Source of the DNA: Pelomyxa schiedti | Lineage: Eukaryota > Protista > Evosea | Reading direction: 5' to 3' | Length of the DNA: 34,906 bases | NCBI GenBank assembly: GCA_020536535.1 | Contig: JAHLWZ010000975.1 | Span: 1-34,906, forward strand | Shown here: piece after piece, positions 32,987-34,906 of the stretch | Numbering within the stretch: the stretch's first letter is position 1 | How the letters are laid out: every line of letters starts with the position of its first letter | The notes under the pieces: model-generated | Told to the model about the DNA's origin: nothing | Databases searched by the model: none | What the model saw: the letters and a program-made list of their open reading frames with translations, nothing else | Translations under genes and position numbers: made by a program

Positions 32987-34190
32987 TCGGGTTTTTTACA
33001 GCACTGTGTGCACTTCCCTCAACCAACCTGGTATCGCGTGCTCTATTTTTCTGCCGTGAATCTTACTGAGAACGCTAGATCCAACTCACGTTCCCCGATA
33101 TGGTTGTCCATTTCGGGCAGGTCCGATCTATGCCTCTCATCGAATGTACATGGATTTTCTCTCATTTTTTCCCCCCGTTTCGGTCCCGGCACCGGTTATG
33201 GGTTAAAAAAAGAAAGAAAGAAAGAAAAAAACACACAAACGAAAGTATGGGGTTGTGGTGCATGAAGTTATCCATGTCAATTTAGTCACAAATGGAGGAT
33301 GATCATAGAGGGAGGGGTCCTCTGTGCTCCCCTGGAAGCCCTTCACATTGCATTGCATACATGATGAACTGAGCAATATTAATTGCAGGGGGCAAGTTAG
33401 ACCTAGAAGCGAGTTTATGGTGTCTGCTGTGAGATTCCGGTTCTGTACCGCCAAGTTGCAGCAGCATCAATTGTTTCGGCGATGGTTAATTGCTTGCTCC
33501 TATCTGGCCTGAGACGGCTGTCAGTAGGAGGTAGGACGGATTGTTGTTGCTCGGTCGTAATGGCTTGAGGCATGTTAGACTTGGTATTGATTTTTATGTT
33601 GGCTAACCAAGAAGGTTTTGCTGACGACAACTTGTTGATCTTGAACCTACTATCAAGTGTGAGACTTGGTTTACAAATGAAAACCTACTTGGGGTGCACA
33701 GGCTCTGGAACAAAAGCTCACAAAAGTGTGGTCGCGCGTGGTCTCGTCCTGAGTAGTTACATGAACCCTGTGCCCAGTGTGACTCATTCCATTTCCCACT
33801 GAGCTCCATATTTCTTTCGCGTTGCTGGCATCGAATATTCCTCCTGATACTTGATATCTTCTTGATAATAAATCAGATTGCTGTGTCAAAGAATTGAAAT
33901 CTTACCAGCCAGCTGACAATCAGTCTTGTCAAAACGAACATTGGCATAATGTCAATCACCAGCAGAGGACCTAACTGTTGGGTGTCCCCAGATAACTGAA
34001 CCAAGAAGAAGGATCGATAATGCAACACCCAGCACTGGATTTTGCAAGTGAATTGAAACCAGTGTCATTCAACAACCTAGGGCCCTCATTTTTATGCACC
34101 GATGGCGACGACGATGGCGACGCCGACGTTGAGCAAGTTGTAGCAGGAATTAGAGTAGACGTCCCCAGCGGTGGCACTTCAGAAAACGCC

Positions 34191-34377
34191 ATGCACGTGA
34201 CCACGGACCGGATGACACCAATCCCTTGTGTTCGTGGCGCGACGCGACGCGACGCGGACCGCGGTTGTGGGATGCTGGGCGCCCGAGTTGGGTGGGTCCG
34301 GCCGCACCACCCCAATGGGTTCCATCTTTTTTTGGTTTTTTTATTCGTAATGCCAACACACCGTCAACAAGGGAGCA
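34191..34377 (+). repeat. Dispersed structured repeat, copy C (more diverged)
   Basis: Matches copy A from its position 15. It has one extra GACGC unit and a deletion in the last hairpin, then the T-tract and the shared cgtaatgccaacacac...ggagca segment. Confidence 0.93.
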
Positions 34378-34567
34378 CGTAACCTCCAAAAGGAACTGCG
34401 CTGGCCTCCGCACACCACATAAGTCCTTAGTCAAGTCTGAGAGTTTTTGGTCTCAGTCAGTGAAAAACTCCAAAAACATGAAAATCTCTTTGTTTGTCTT
34501 TTGCCCGTTGATGGCACGTTGATTACGGGGAAAGAAAAGGGCCAAAGGTTTTTTTTTCCCCGGAGTT

Positions 34568-34906
34568 ATGGAACATAAAGGTTGATTTGGTGGGGTTAAT
34601 CCTCGTCATCCCAGGCGTCGTCATCGTCCTCGTCGTCACTATCGGCGACGGCTATACGCCTGGCGAGAATTGCAGCAACACTGTTGGTTTGGGTATCCAC
34701 TTTCTTTTCAGGAAGGTTGCGTTCCGTTACGGATTTCAGCTGGATACCTTTACTGTAACAGAGTTAGGAAACGGAAAGACTGAAGGAACGAGGGCTTACG
34801 TGATGGAAGACAAAAGATCAGGAGGGACCGTGCTGCCAGGCGTGGACCTCGCACAAGGGGACCTGTATGCTCCCACTACCTTATTTTCAACTCTTAACCC
34901 CACTTA
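34568..34906 (+). CDS. Partial hypothetical protein running off the right edge
   Basis: A stop-free frame runs from 34512 to the window end (..GVVIVLVVTIGDGYTPGENCSNTVGL..VAFRYGFQLDTFTVTELGNGKTEGTRAYVMEDKRSGG..). ATG 34568 could enter this frame through a short intron. No family was recognised. Confidence 0.35.

Noticed and set aside
33000-34192. Possible minus-strand gene starting at ATG 34192 (MAFSEVPPLG..), or a transposase between repeats B and C
   Set aside because: I could not build a consistent spliced frame and saw no DDE, RT or other family motif; unresolved.

Overview
This is eukaryotic, gene-dense genomic DNA from a protist-like organism. It has many short spliceosomal introns (traced examples are 43-50 nt) and small gaps between most genes, often 60-300 nt. 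The supplied ORF track shows only exon fragments, so I assembled the genes by hand-splicing GT/GC-AG introns; internal exon boundaries are approximate. Gene order: NT-C2/coiled-coil/Dilute protein (+); PARP4-like PARP-VIT-vWA protein with an unusual tail (-); pyroglutamyl peptidase I (-); HAD phosphoserine-phosphatase-like enzyme (-); ADP-forming acyl-CoA synthetase alpha-beta-GNAT fusion (+); LRR-ROC-COR-kinase-WD40 Roco protein (+); DUF2156-type protein (+); NHL-repeat protein (+); histidine phosphatase (-); phage-type nucleotidyltransferase-like/F-box fusion (+); a short, probably interrupted gene (+); and a partial ORF at the right edge. A structured ~180-bp repeat occurs three times (1-272, 32356-32578, 34191-34377). 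The Roco gene, ADP-forming synthetase and prokaryote-type enzymes suggest an anaerobic amoebozoan such as an Archamoeba (inference only). The most striking observation is the PARP4-like protein's tail. It carries a Ras switch-I peptide (FCDEYDPTIEDSY) with an intron at the same codon position as in vertebrate RAS genes, followed by a prokaryote-type CFI-box-CTERM domain and a membrane anchor. Also notable are the phage-type nucleotidyltransferase fused to an F-box and a degenerate Ras-fold domain upstream of the Roco LRRs. No tRNA, rRNA or CRISPR array was recognised.
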